A stretch of DNA of 64,000 nt from Penicillus capitatus (Eukaryota; Plantae; Chlorophyta): NCBI GenBank assembly GCA_965649825.1, contig OZ287698.1, positions 759,949 to 823,948 on the forward strand. Reading direction: 5' to 3'. The translations under genes and the position numbers were made by a program. Shown here one piece after another: positions 23,226 through 36,682 of this stretch. Each line of letters starts with the position of its first letter. Positions within the stretch are counted from its first letter, which is position 1. Under the pieces are notes generated by a model. It had not been told where the DNA came from and made no database searches. It saw nothing but the letters and a program-made list of their open reading frames with translations.

Positions 23226-26096
23226 CTTCGTCAACCCCTTGACTATTGCTTCGACTTCCAAACGATTGGATTTCCAGTGTCTTTGCTCGGTTCTCCATGT
23301 CCCTGACGCGCAACAGATGATGCCACATCCTTTCTGCAGGAGCACCGCTCCGCATCCCACAGTCGACGCATCTACGCCGATCATGAACTCCTTGTGTTCT
23401 CTGGGATGCATGATGGACGTTGCATGCTTCTCCAGGCATGCAAGGAACGCTTCCCAATCTGCTGGCGAGTTTGACTGCTGGGCCACATCGAGAGCGCTTA
23501 CTGTCTTCTCGCCGTTCGCCACAAAACGCGTAAGCTGATTGAGCCAACCCTTGACTTGCCTCCATTCTTTGGTGGATGATGGCGGCGATATGTGTCGAAG
23601 CTTCCCGAAGACCTCTGTCTCCGGCCTCCATCCATCGCCATTGAGCCTCATACCCAAAAGGTAAACTCCTGCTGAAGGAAGACGCACTTCGATTTCTTGA
23701 GTCGCCATCCATCGTGCATCAGCTCGGAGAGTATTGTGGCCAGATCTCGAAGATGCTCCTCATGCGATTGAGACAATAGGAGCAAATCATCCGCATACGA
23801 GATTAGCTGCGAAGAGATCCTTCCTCTGACTTTCGACAGCGTCTTGAAAAGTGCTCGTTGAAACTCGTAGCCTGAATTGCAGTAACCGAACGGAAGGGTA
23901 TTGTAACGGTAGAAACGCCCTCTGAGAGAGAAGCCTATCTCGATACCCTTTCCGAGTGGCACGTGATGGAATGCCTGGCAGATATCGAGCGACGATCCAA
24001 CTGTGAATCTCTGTACGCCAGAAATGCAGTGCTCCCGGTTCTGTGCGATAAAATGTTCCTTCTGGATGTAGGTGTTGAACTCTCGAAAGTCCAGCACGGG
24101 CCTTCGTTCTTCGCCTTCCTTCTTAGGTACGGTAAAGATCGGCACGAGGTGCGGTTCTTCCGCGGTCTCAGAGATGACCCCATCTCGGATCATCTGATCC
24201 ACATGAGGCCATATGGCCGCTTCTTCTGCATGACTCAGAGAGCGGATCTTCTGCTTTCAGAGGGTAACTCCCTTCCTAATTGGAAGTTTTTCGACGCAAT
24301 AACCGCGGCAGCGGCCGGGACTGTTGCTAAAAACCTCATCGAATTCTTGTATGACATCGCCAATTTCGATCTGGATATTTCTGCAAGGTATGGCCGACTT
24401 TTGCAGCTTGATCTTCGTCCTTCCGACGTCCGGGACTATCATCTCTTCCGCATCCGATAACACTGCGCACAGATCCATCTTTGGAGTCAGGACCATCGGC
24501 TGATCCGATAGGTTCTCTACCACACCCCAAATCCTTACACCGTCGGTCTTCACGTGGAAGCGGATTTTTTGCAGGTGCAGTCAAAAACCTGTTTGATCCC
24601 AGCTTGAAATTCTAGTTGCAGCTGTATTCCGCGAGTTTCGTTGGCTCTAAGTACCCAGTTTCTGTTTAATGGAAGGACGATCATTCCGTTGCGCATGTAC
24701 GGCCTCTATGGCAGATTCTCTGACAATTTTAGGCCCAGTGGATAGTCAGATGCTCCACCGAGCCATGGCCGTTTTTTCCCATCCGCGCCGACGATGCGTA
24801 ACTCCTGACACTGAACGGAAGGTCCCGTATCTCTGAGGAGGGTCTTCCGTGCGCAGTCGACCGTGAACTGATGTTCTTGGAGGAATGGGAATCCCAATAT
24901 CAGGGTGGGACCTTTACCTCCGATGCAGAACGCTCTCACCTTGAAGCATTCGCCATTGATGGACAACATGAGTTCGATGCTGCCTATCACACGTTCCACG
25001 ACGCCGTTCGCGTAAACGACTTCTCGATCTGAGGTCTGTAGACGATCTTGTAATCCCAGGCGTTTCAGCACTCCGTGCCGCAGGAAACACGCGCTTGTAC
25101 CCGTATCGATGAGGGCGTCGGTCTTTGTCCCCGAGATCCGCACGGGGATGTGCATGGACGGCTTCTTCGAGGGCAGTATCCGTCCGCACGTCAACAATGG
25201 GTCTTGGACGCCAGTATCCATGACTACCTGGAGGCCTTCGCGGTCACCATCGTTGCTTTCAATCTGGTTGGCCGTTCGCTTGGACCCGCGATATTTGTTC
25301 AAGAAACGAAGGGATTCCTGTCGGTAGCGTTCCTCACGCATCATCGTCTTCCACGCAACCATCACCGCATTCTTGCTGGCGATCTCTTCAAAATTGAGCT
25401 GTCCATCTCTGAGAACCTGACTCCTCAGGCTCGATGCATTTTCGACTCGACACTCGTCCGTCGTCTGGGAGCTGTAGATGGAGTTGACATAGTCAACGTC
25501 CATGTAGTCGTCGACGTCCTCCTTGCTGAAGGTATCCTCTGATGCCAGTCTCATCCAATCCAACCAGTTTCTCACTCTTGCTTCGAGCTTGTCCAGGTCG
25601 GCGTTCGAAAACTTCGTTCCGCGCATCTGTCTCTGGATCTCTTTGGGCAGCTTGCGGAATAAGATGTGCGTCGCTCGAGTCCCAGTAACCTTCGCCGACT
25701 TAGTGTAATTGTCGGCAATTCGACGGAACCGTAAAACGAAGTCCAACAGGTTCTCCGTCTTTTCCTTCTTCAACCTTCGGAGGCGTTCATCTGGCGAGAG
25801 TGTCGACTCAGCTGGAAGGAGGTTCTCAAGTTCCGCTACGATGGCTGCCCATCGTATACGAGAGTCGTCCCATTCAGCGAAAAACGCGTCTTTACGTCGT
25901 TCAACTCCATTGTCTGAACTCGGGCGACGCTAGCGACTACTGCTTGGCCGCCGGGAGCATGCTTGTCGATGTGACTGAGTAACAACCAGATGCGTGCCTG
26001 CCCCGGGTTCTCACATGTCGTCACGAACGGGATGAGCCATTCTAATAGTTCTCTCGTCCACTTGCCGTAGGTCTTTTGCGCGAGCTCCGAAACCAT
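23226..26096 (-). pseudogene. Gypsy copy 2 gag-PR-RT-RH(N-terminal) with frameshifts and stops
   Basis: ORFs 25836-26096, 24706-25773 (DTG protease), 24257-24553, 23648-24202 (YADDLLL) and 23217-23708 (GVDAS). Confidence 0.9.
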
Positions 26097-26194
26097 GTCG
26101 TCAGCGAGGTACGAGGAAGATCAGGAGTTACAAAAATCGTACAAACGGAGACATCATTCCCATCTAAATATGTCTTTTTCGCAGTCAGATCACA
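26096..26194 (-). repeat. Gypsy 5' LTR (99 bp), copy 2
   Basis: TG...CA 99-mer between the PBS and the TSD ACGC. Confidence 0.93.
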
Positions 26195-27361
26195 ACGCCG
26201 ACCCGAGGACCAAGATATCATCCGCGTATGGTTCCACATGGACTTCTGGGATATCAATTAGGTCCAGGAGCGGGTTGATGCCAACGATGAAGAGTAAAGG
26301 TGAAAGCGGACTGCCTTGAGGGGTGCCAATCTGCAGGCGGTGCCTGGAGCTTTCGCCTCCAATCTCCAGGCAAGCTTCTTTGTTCTGGAAAAGCTCTGTA
26401 CCCATCTTAGAAGATATGATGGGGCTCTTAATTGCTCCAATGAGTCCAGAACTGCGCTGGGACGTAGGGAGTCGAAGGCTGCCTTAACATCAAGTGTGAT
26501 CCCATATGTGACCATGTGATTTCCCAGACTGCGCTCTATAAAGTACACCGCCGATACCAGCGCTTCTGAGGTTCCTTGACCCACCCGGACTCCGAATTGT
26601 CTGTTGGACAGTCCCTGATGAGTCTCGACAAAGTGGACCAGCCTCTGTGCGACGATCTGGTGGACTCCTTGGGCTATGGTTCCGAGGAGACTGATAGGGC
26701 GCAGAAGGGCCAGGGAGTTCCTTGAATTCGGCTTCTTTGGTACACAGACTACTTGGGAACGTTGCCAGTTGCTCGGGAGAAAGCCCAATTGAAGGCTTCG
26801 GGTGGCGAGAGCCGCGAAGACCTCTGGGATTCTGCGGAACGCACGAGAGATGAGCGCCTTTGGCAAACCATCGGGGCCAGGGGCCGCGAAGGGTCTTCCT
26901 CCACTAAAGGATTTTCCGGCTTCCGCTACCGATACTGGCGGCGGGGGCTCTCCTATGTCGTAGTGTCTATTTTGTTCATACGCTTGGCTTGAGGGGAAGA
27001 ATTTCCGGAACAGGCGGTCGCTGATCTCGTCTGGATCTTCTACCACCTCTCCATCTCCGGTGGTGATGAATGCGATATTCTGGGCTTTGGATGGCTTGGT
27101 GATCCTCTTGTAAGTGGCCCAGAGATCCGACGTGCTTCCACTGTTTTCCACGAGGAATTCTCTCCAGGCGGCTCGCTTCCTGTTACGGATGACTGCTTGG
27201 AGGTTTTTCCGAGCTTCGGCGATGTCTTCCTGAAGACTCTCCGGGAGATGTCCATAAGACCTGCAGTACCTTTCCCCACGTCTCTTGGCCCGCTTCAGAG
27301 CTGTGTGCGCTTGCTGTGCGTCTTCGTTCCACCAGTGTTTCCTTCTGGATGATGGACGGGC
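26195..27361 (-). mobile_element. LINE family B, 5' portion (partner of 14631-16429)
   Basis: RT motifs as at 4143-5309. The TSD TTTTGATTGGCATCTC at 27362-27377 matches 14615-14630. Confidence 0.92.
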
Positions 27362-28448
27362 TTTTGATTGGCATCTCGTCTTTCCTGTGATAGCGTGAGA
27401 AGCCGATCAGATTCAGGAAACACGTTTATCGATGCGCGACAAGATTCCGCTGCAAAACGCGACTTGAGCGTCCTTCCATCTCTCTTGTCGTCGATATGAA
27501 GATTAATGATCATCATCACCTGCTTCTCTCCCACGTGACGATACATATTCCCGTCAAATCAGCGTGGTCGAGAAAAGCGTATCAAATCTGAGGCACACAG
27601 GCCGAGAATCGACTGCCACGTGTGTTCACGATGCCCACGAATGCGGACGAACTTGGGCGATACCCGTTGAAGAAACGGACAGTTCCGAGGCAGGGAGCAC
27701 ACAGCTTTGGTGCTTCAATTGGTTTTAGAGCAAACTTCATTGACAGTAGCGATTGTATCGGCCTTCGGGTCGGCGAAGAGAGTTCGAATTTACCAGTTTC
27801 GCCTGCGCTTTAAGCGGACAAGTTTACCGACATGAAAAATCGACACGTGTCCCCAGTCACATCATTCCAATCAGTATGCTAGGTCATCTGATCCAACAGC
27901 AGATAGGTTCGTCCTCTTCCTTCACCCATCGTTCACGGGCTTGTTATCTTTGGATTTCTCATTCGGTGCCTTCTTGTTGTCTTTTCTGTCGAAGCCAAGA
28001 AAAACGGATCCAAATGGACGGAACCATCTTCCATGCGCCCTACTTTACGGAGATGCCTGCTCCGCCTCCCGAGGTCGCCAGGAACGAGCGAAACAGCGGC
28101 GAATTCACGTCGTAAATCATAATTCCCTTTCGGCGCAAGTGTCAGCTTCCTTCGGTCTATGACAAATGTGACGGCAGAATCGGCGCGGAATGTCAATTGG
28201 GCTTAAATGCCGAGCAGTTATTGCATGAGCGAAAAGATCGATTTTCCTTTCGCGCGATGACCATCGGACACTGCTAGAGCATCATAGTGTCTGCGGTTAT
28301 ACTATTGACTCAACCCAAACGTGCCTTGAGCCCTACGGATTACGCGTCTGCAACCTTTTCGTCGGCGACCTGTCACTTAAGCGCCACGTCTGCTTTACGT
28401 TTGAAACCGGTTTGGTCCTTTGCTGCGACAATGCAGCCAGTCGTCTCT

Positions 28449-31400
28449 ATGGCGCGGCGCTCTCCGTTGTGTCTGCTACTCGTTATCTGCATCTTCTTGC
28501 GCCAAGCCTCCTGTCAAAGTATGTATCCATCAACAGTGAAGTTTGTTGGGTGCAGTGACGCGTCACAGATGTTTGCGATTTATTCGTCCAGAATAATATT
28601 CTGACCGTCGACTCGCAGACGGTGGACGATATCGACGCAACGGATTCGTCATTTCAAGACGTGGTCGAGTGCTTAAGCGCGGGCGCCATTATTCGATTCG
28701 CCACAGAGAGATTTTCGGTCGGTGAAACGATAAGAATCGATAAGGACATCTCGATTACATCGACCCATCGCAAAAGGACCTCCATAGCCTGCAACGAACA
28801 ACCCGTTTTCGACATCAGGTCAACCCCTAGCCTGATACGCAGGGTAATAATTTCGTGTGTATGTAGGGGGAGAGCAACAGTTGATATCTCAGGGATTCGT
28901 ATCAGAAAATGCGAACTGCAAAGCGCCGACGCTCCAATCATCATCGGTTCGGGATCGACTGTCAATCTTCGATCTATAGAGTTCTTTCGGAATACAAACG
29001 ACGAAGGAACCAGTGGCATTCGGGCTCTGGACGAATCAAGCATCACTATTGAAGATTGTGAGTTCCTGGAGAATCAGGGAGCATCGGGGACAGTAGTCCT
29101 CGAGAATGCAAGTAGCCTCACTGTTTCTGGATCAGATTTCACGGGCAACAAAGCGACAAGCACGGAAAATGGGGGTGGCGTCTTCTCTATTCAGGTGTGT
29201 TCGTGCACGATGCCGGCTCTGTTGTGGATGTGCGATGTGCATGTAGAGTGAGGGGGTGTCGACGACAGTCGTTGTTAAGAATGCGAGCACATTCATCAGG
29301 AACGAGGCTGTCGGAGGAGACGGGGGCGTTTTTTATGTTTCTGGGGATGATGGCATTGCTTTCACCATCGAAGACACGGTACTCAGAGAGAACATGGCAG
29401 GAAGGCGCGGAGGCGCCGTTTTCATATCCGCAGGCGGCGATCTGATCGTCAGGGATGCATTCTTCGTCGAGAACGAATCGAATCGTATTGGTGGCGGCGC
29501 TATCTTTGCAAAGGTCCGTTCCCTCCATCATCTCATCCCTATTCAGTAAAGCGTATTCGGATGGCAGGATGCAGAAGGGAATGAGACGCTAGACATCAAG
29601 ATTTCAAGCACGACTTTTGCCCAGAACGAGGCCAAAGGTTACCTTGGCTCCGGTGGTGGCATACGCCTTCAAGGGAAAAACGTCGACTGCGCAATCACCG
29701 ATTCCGTCTCTTTTGCCCTCAACACAGCGGATCTCGACGGTGGAGGCATGCATATCTCCAATCAAGCAACAGCAGACATCAATGGTTCTTCGTTCGTCGG
29801 CAACGAAGCTTTCAACGGCGGCGGTGCTGCCCTGTTCGTTCTGGTGGGGTACTTTCTCTCAAGGAGTGTTTCATTGAGACCTTGCTGATGATGTGACAGT
29901 CATTACAACAGAACCGGGCGCTTACCATGGATGTCGTTATCACGAATACGGCATTTCTGTTCAACCGAGCGTTGTATAGTGACCGAGGAGGGGGATGCAT
30001 TGGTGTTGCTGGTTTTGGATCAAATGTGACAATTACTGACTGCATTCTCAGTGACAACGACGGTGGGAGGGGATCTGGAGGAGCAATCTATGTCTTTGGC
30101 GGCCCCGTCGTCAAAATCAAGGGATCCGCGTTCGAGAGGAACAAAGCCGAATGGGGAGGGGCGTTGTATGCTGAGGTAGACAACTGCACATCCACCGTCT
30201 CATTGATTTGCATGTGCTCTAGAACGATGCCCTATACGAAATAGAATCGTCTGATTTCATAGAGAATTCGGCAGGAGAAGGAGGTGCCATGCACGTCCGA
30301 GGCGACGTGGATATCACCATGGACGGCTGCACATTCGAAAGCAACAAGGCAATAACAGAAGGAGGCGCCATCAAAGTTCGAAACTTCATCTCAGCTGGAG
30401 ACGAACTGGCGCGATTCCGAATGACGAACAGCATTGTCGTGGAGAACGGAGCTGGCACCAACTTGTTCGAAGACAGACTTTATGGAACGGAGACAGAGGG
30501 AGGGGCAATCTTGGCAGAAGGTAGTGGGATCGAACTGGAGTTGGAGAACAACACGTTCAAGCGGAATCTGGCCTCGAATGGAGGCGCTCTAAGCATCTAT
30601 GCCGTTGCCGACTGCAACATTGACAATGGCAACAAGTAAGCATGGACTGAGATGATGACAGATGCTGAGAGATGCCACAGGTTTGTGGACAACAAGGCAA
30701 CCTTCGGCGGCGCCATTTTCTTGGTTGTCGACGAACAAGTCGATCCTATCAGGCGGAATGAGTACCGCGTTGCTGGTACCGTTTTCCGAAATAACAACGT
30801 CGAGTTCGAAGGAGGGAGCATCTATGTCTCAAGCACTCGGACAGAATCGAATTCAGTATCATTGAATGCACGCAGTTTCCTTTTGCTCGTAGAGGGTAGT
30901 ACTTTCACGAACAACACGTAAGCCATCCATTCATGCCACTGCTTCTACCGAATACCGATCATGACAGGGCAAGACATGGTGGTGGTGCGTTGTCGATGGT
31001 CGGCTCAGCCGCCAAAGTCCACGGCTGCACATTCGAGTCAAACATAGCAGTGGCGAATTCAACCAGCCAGGCAACTCCGTTTCTTGGCTACGGTGGAGCC
31101 ATAAATATCCAGACGGGTTCCTCAGTGGAGTGCAAGGGCTCAGAGTTTCTCTCGAACAGAGCAGACGTCGGCGGGGCAGTGCTCGTCCGAGATGGTTCGT
31201 TCGAAGGAGAGGCCGTGAACTTTACCAGGAATGCCGTTCAACCCAGAGGCGTTGGCGGCGCTGTGGCAGTAGAAATCTCCAGAGGAAAAGACATCCCAGT
31301 TCTCAACAGCGCTAATCGAATACGCAACATCGTCTTCCAATGTCAATTCTGCAATTTTAAAAAGAATAACGGTTCACTTGCTGGAGGTCTGTTCGATCAT

Positions 31401-34400
31401 ACCTACATCGATGTCTGATGATGGCTGTTTGGACATCTAGGTGCAATGCATCTCCATGATATGGATCCTGGTGGAACTTACGGAGAGGACAACGAGTTGA
31501 AGATTGATGGATGTACATTTGACAATCAGAATACATTCCGGACTCCAGAGAACGAGCTGACCTGTCCTACTTACTTCCGTTTTTTAAGAAGAGTGAATGC
31601 TCGGTCCGTTCGCTTCAAAAACACGACCTTCACCGCAAACAGAGCACGAGCAGGCGGCGCCATCTTCACAAATAACTTCACGATGATCAGCATTCTTCCA
31701 GACCTGCAGAATGATGCAAACCCAGATGTAGACAACTCGCTGGGATACGCCTTGACAAAAAATGAATCTCAGCTCGGAAACTCATCCGTGTTTTTCGAGA
31801 AGAATGTCGCCGTCAATAATGGATTTGGCGATGACGCTGCATCAACGCCAATCACAGCATTCCTTTTCAATTTGGATGACGAAGCGCACCAGAGAACTGA
31901 AGGCTTCACAAACAGCTCATTTCTCAGTGGTGATCGGCTTCGTTTCAACATCGAATTCAGAGATGGGATCGAACAGAATGTGACCTTTGCCGATAATCTC
32001 ACAGCATACATCAGCTGCGACGATCGATTCACGAGTAAACAGTCAAACTGTGCGCAGCTGGAGATCTCTGGACAAGAGACTGCTCAGGCAAATGAAGATG
32101 GAACGATGAACTTCACTGCTGTTCGACTCCGAGGTTTGAGGGATCAGACATATACCCTACGCATCGATTATCGCTCGACGTCTGAGATGCAGACACTACA
32201 TGTGAATCCGTCCTTCATCAAAGTGACGATGAGGCCGTGCAAGATCGGCGAGAAGACAGTTAGTAAAGAGGGCGAAAGACTGGAATGCCGAGAATGCGGC
32301 CAAGGAGAATTTCAGTCATTTCCAAAGCGGGACTTCTGCTTGCCATGCGTGGAGTCTGAAAACCATACTATGTGTGACGGCCAGACAATCGTTCCACATG
32401 ATGGTTACTGGCACGCATCATCATTTTCGTTCATTGCCCATAAGTGCATCGGGCACGAAGCCTGCAGATCGACTAGAAAGGGCAATCAAACTCGAGCAGA
32501 AAAGCTTCGAGCGAATGCTGTCAAAGAACACAAACTGGGAAAGGCTGTTCAGTACAGTTCGGATGACAGTAACCTGCAATGCAGAGAGGTTGGATACATC
32601 CCCATGTCTACTGTGCTATACCTTCGTTTGCCATGCAGGGATATCAAGGTGTTCTTTGTGGCAGATGCGTAAGTGACTATGGAAGAGAAGGAAACATCTG
32701 TCGAAAGTGTGCCTCTCCTGCGTTGCGTGCCTTTTTGATGGCCATGATAATCCTGTGGTCGTTTGTCTTTCTTTCATGCTTCATTAGATCTGTCTTACAG
32801 CTAGCCACCCGTATCAAATTCAACAAAAGGTTCAACGATGCAAGAAAAGGAAAAGAAAGTATGCCTGTTAAAATGCTTCTGACCAGCCCGATCCTGTCCG
32901 TGGAATACTAGGCTCAAGCGGTGGAGATCTAAACGCACAGATCGAGATGATGCATGTGGCCACGACGTCGACTCCCGAGATATCCGATTTGTCAGGAGGT
33001 GACATCCAGAATCGGGAAGTGGGTGAGATACATGAAACCCCTGCTCCGTCAACAAGCGCGGCGGTGGAACCAAAAAGAATCACCATGGAGAGAGTGAAGA
33101 ATCTGAGACCGAGTTCATTGGGACAGAATCAGGAAAATGCAGCAACGAGTGTGCCAACGAGACGAATCGGACGCAGGGGTCGACTGATCAAGGCACTCCA
33201 TGTGCTTCTCGATCCCAATGCGTCCACGGATGATGTCGAGCCTCTGACTCTGGCAAACCCAGTGTCCGAAATCCTCAAGGCACGGCAACTCCCCTTCCCT
33301 CTTCCTCCGCTTCACCGCATCTGTATGTTATGACGTAGATTCTCGTCAACTTCCTTCAGGTGACGGCGGTAGCGGTCTCGATCAATGTCGACTGGGAGCA
33401 GTCTCTGAGAAGGACACTCTTCGCCATGGGTAAAAGCACATACAAAAGGAGCGTCTCTACTGCATTCTCTTGTCCGTCAGGTGCAATTGGCAATCTCTCC
33501 TCCGGCACTGGGTACTTGTCGCTCGATTGCTATCTGAGTGCGAACGGCATGCCAAAATCCCTTCGCCGACTGACCATCGCCATCCTCTATCCCCTCCTCA
33601 TGCTCATCGTCTACGTGGTCCTGTGGGGATGCTATGCCTTCGTCCGACGAAGAGGCAAACAGTGAGTGCACAGTGCCTACACGTACTCTCTCAATCTCGC
33701 TCTTCTGATCTTAGGTACTTCAGTCAGCGGATCCTGTTGACCTTCTTGGCGATCAACTATTTCTTCTACATCGGCATGACGAAGAGCCTGCTGCGATTCT
33801 TCGCCTGCACTCGGGTCTCGGATGACAGAGAGGACAGCGACTGGAGTCGGTATGTATGGGAAGAGGATACAGAGGTTGAGTGCTACGAGGGCAAACACGC
33901 TTTGCTTGTTGGCCTGCTCGTCGTTCCCCTTCTCCTTGCCGTCTCTTTCGGATATCCAGCTGGTGTCTTTACCATCTTGTGGCGCAGCAAGGATCGCCTG
34001 AACGACGAAGACTTCGTTCAGACATATGGTTTTCTTTACAAAGCCTATGACAGGCATTACTGGGAAGTCGTTATTATGGTCCGAAAAGCGGCCGTTGCGA
34101 CTGTTGCTGTGTTTTCTTATCGCTTAGGATCGAATCTCCAAGGTCTGTTGTGCGTTCTAGTGATCGGCATTGCTCTGTCCGTACATCTGGTCTTGCAGCC
34201 ATTCACTCAGGATATCCCACAACTCAATCACCTGGAGACATGTTCCCTCTCGGCCACAGTTGTCGTTTTCGTTGTCGGACTCATGATGAATGACAACGCA
34301 GTCGAACCTAGCGGCCGCGTACTTCTGAGCGCGCTTGCTGTTCTGTTTCTCTGTTTCACCCTTGTCGTCCTCCTTACCCAACTAATGTTCGCCGCTGAAG

Positions 34401-34618
34401 AATTTATTGACATGAAGCTCATTGAACTTGATGCCATGGAGGTTCAGGAAGTGATCGACTCTCGTTTGTCTAAAAAACTGGAAGCTTTGATAGAGCATTA
34501 CTGGAAAATCGCCCTTGAGGCGGCTAAGACCTTCAAAGCGCTGACGCGCAAGAGGTTTTGCTGTCACAGAAGATCTGGAAATGCAACACGCAGCCCGGTT
34601 CATCATTCTAACGTTTGA
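28449..34618 (+). CDS. Large surface/membrane protein, copy 2 (essentially identical to copy 1)
   Basis: Same exons at +22,052. The only coding difference I noticed is G9400/C31452 (V to L). Confidence 0.85.
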
Positions 34619-36682
34619 GACAAGCTTCTTCGATTGATCTGATTGTTTGCTCTGTATGTTGACCCACTCATTGTTTGCGTCTTACTCTTTTACATCGCAG
34701 GGTCCGTTTGTCCTTTGTTACACACTAAGCACACTAAAATCCACAACATTTCTCAATTCGATCATTGATGAGTGCGAGTCAAGTACCCATGTCCTGATTC
34801 GAATTCTCACTCCAACCACAACACATAAGGCACACATGGAAACTATCGTGTTTTTAGTGGCTCGATCTTTCTAATTCAGTCCAATTCAAATCGTTATCGT
34901 ATGTCACACTGCTTCTATAAAGAAGCTTGTCAGCTGTCTGTTCTCGTTAAGTTTTTGAATGTTAAGCTTTATTTGCATTGCAGTTTGTCATGTCCACTTT
35001 ACAAATTAGACAGACACAGCTCTTGCTTCATTTTTGTTAATTGCTGGACCGCATTTGTGACTTTCGGTACTTGGTTGTCGACTGGGTACGTAGGAATCTC
35101 CATTTCTTTATTAACCGTTTGCTGACAACCTAATTTCAAGACGACATCACAATTGATATTATTTTCATAGAACTGACTTTTTTATTTTACATTAGCATAC
35201 CACTGAATGTATTGTGGTTTGCTGTCTGACAAAACTGACACGACCTTTCTCGATATAATAAACAAATCACCATCCCAATTGAGATGAAATGAACGCAAGA
35301 TGGCAAGCGCTTCTCTTAAACACACCTATGGATGCAGCAGTCTTTAGCCAGGAAAAACTAATTTCGTGTTTAAGAGAATGGAGGAGTAATAGACTGGGGC
35401 AAGATTTTGAGCCAAAAGGAGTCATTTTCTTTTCATATCATTGAATGTCCACAATCGTTCGCATCAAATCTAAAAACATGAGGCGCAAAGCAGCCATGAT
35501 TCTATGCCTAGGAACGAACGAATCATGCTGCAATCCTCGAGCTGATAACGATCACGTTACATTTATCAAAAAAACATCCGCATCGATCGGGAAAACGAAC
35601 GGCTGAAGTAGAAACATTGCAAAATCTGTTTTGATGTTAATCAGAGGTTCCGCTAAAGTGAAAGTTGTGCACAATCGCATCTTGTTATGTAATCGTCATC
35701 ATTTAGTACATCGCGTTGTCACCGTTTCAACCTCATGTACATCGGCTCTACACATCCAACTCCGCAGTGTACTTCGTACCAAGCATGCTACAACTACCAT
35801 GTGAACACTCAGCCGTTTACCATTCTTCTGCGTACATACAGGTTTTACCAGGTTGCGCTGATCCTCAATGCAGACATTATCATTTCCCAGTGTGAAGAAC
35901 TCCCTTCAGTCGCCTCACGCTCCACATTCCCGAGGATATCCTCAGCGTGGACCTGTATCTCCCCCTCACTGGCGCGACGGCGGAGGCGTTGTCGCGGGGA
36001 GTGAGCGCCTGAATCGTCACCGGGTTGACTCATCTCACAAGCGCAGCGGAAGTCTTGGAGTCAGATGAGGATGGGCGAAAGCTCGGAGGCCACACCAACA
36101 GTCTTGCAGCAAAGAGCGACTTGTTACAACTGATGATAGACGTGAATGTTTTGTAAGACAGAAACCGATTGTATGTGATTCACCAATGACAATAGAAACT
36201 CAGGTGTCAAACGAGACGTTTCTTGTGTCTGAGCCTCGCTTAAATACTCAATCTCTGATGTGACGACAAGAAAAATCGATGAACTTCAAGAGTGAGTTCG
36301 CAATGAAATTCACATTGAGACTAGGAAATTCAATATGAAGTTCTAGAAGTTTCCTAGGAACTTCACAGGAACTCACTCCCAGTCAGTGTGACTTGTTCGC
36401 GACTCAGCGGCGACGGTTATGCCGCGCTATTAAAGACGCGAAAACACACACGGCAGAAATACAACCCATTACAGCACCGACCCATCACAGTTCTGTCAGC
36501 ATTGCGCCATTTCTTCACACCCAGCACATCGATGACCTCGTTCGGTGCCGCATTCTGTAGGCTCGGAAAGTGGATGATGAAGATTCCGAGATGGGAAAAT
36601 GTGCAGAGATGCGTTCCCTATGCTTAGTAGCCGAAATGAAAGCTGACATCCTGAGAGTGTATCTCATTTTGATTGGCATCTC

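Larger units (their letters stand above)
16430..26194 (-). mobile_element. Ty3/Gypsy LTR retrotransposon, copy 2 (both LTRs present, interrupted by LINE A)
   Basis: LTRs at 16430-16528 and 26096-26194 differ at 2 of 99 positions. The 4-bp TSD ACGC lies at 16426-16429 and 26195-26198. gag-PR-RT-RH spans 23226-26096 and RH-IN spans 16559-17806. Confidence 0.96.

Noticed and set aside
22159-23712. 517-aa ORF (also 44211-45764) as a novel fusion protein
   Set aside because: Its first ~165 aa are an off-frame reading of the Gypsy RT/RH that runs through the TSD into LINE A ORF1. It is a junction artefact; the real ORF1 starts at 23217.
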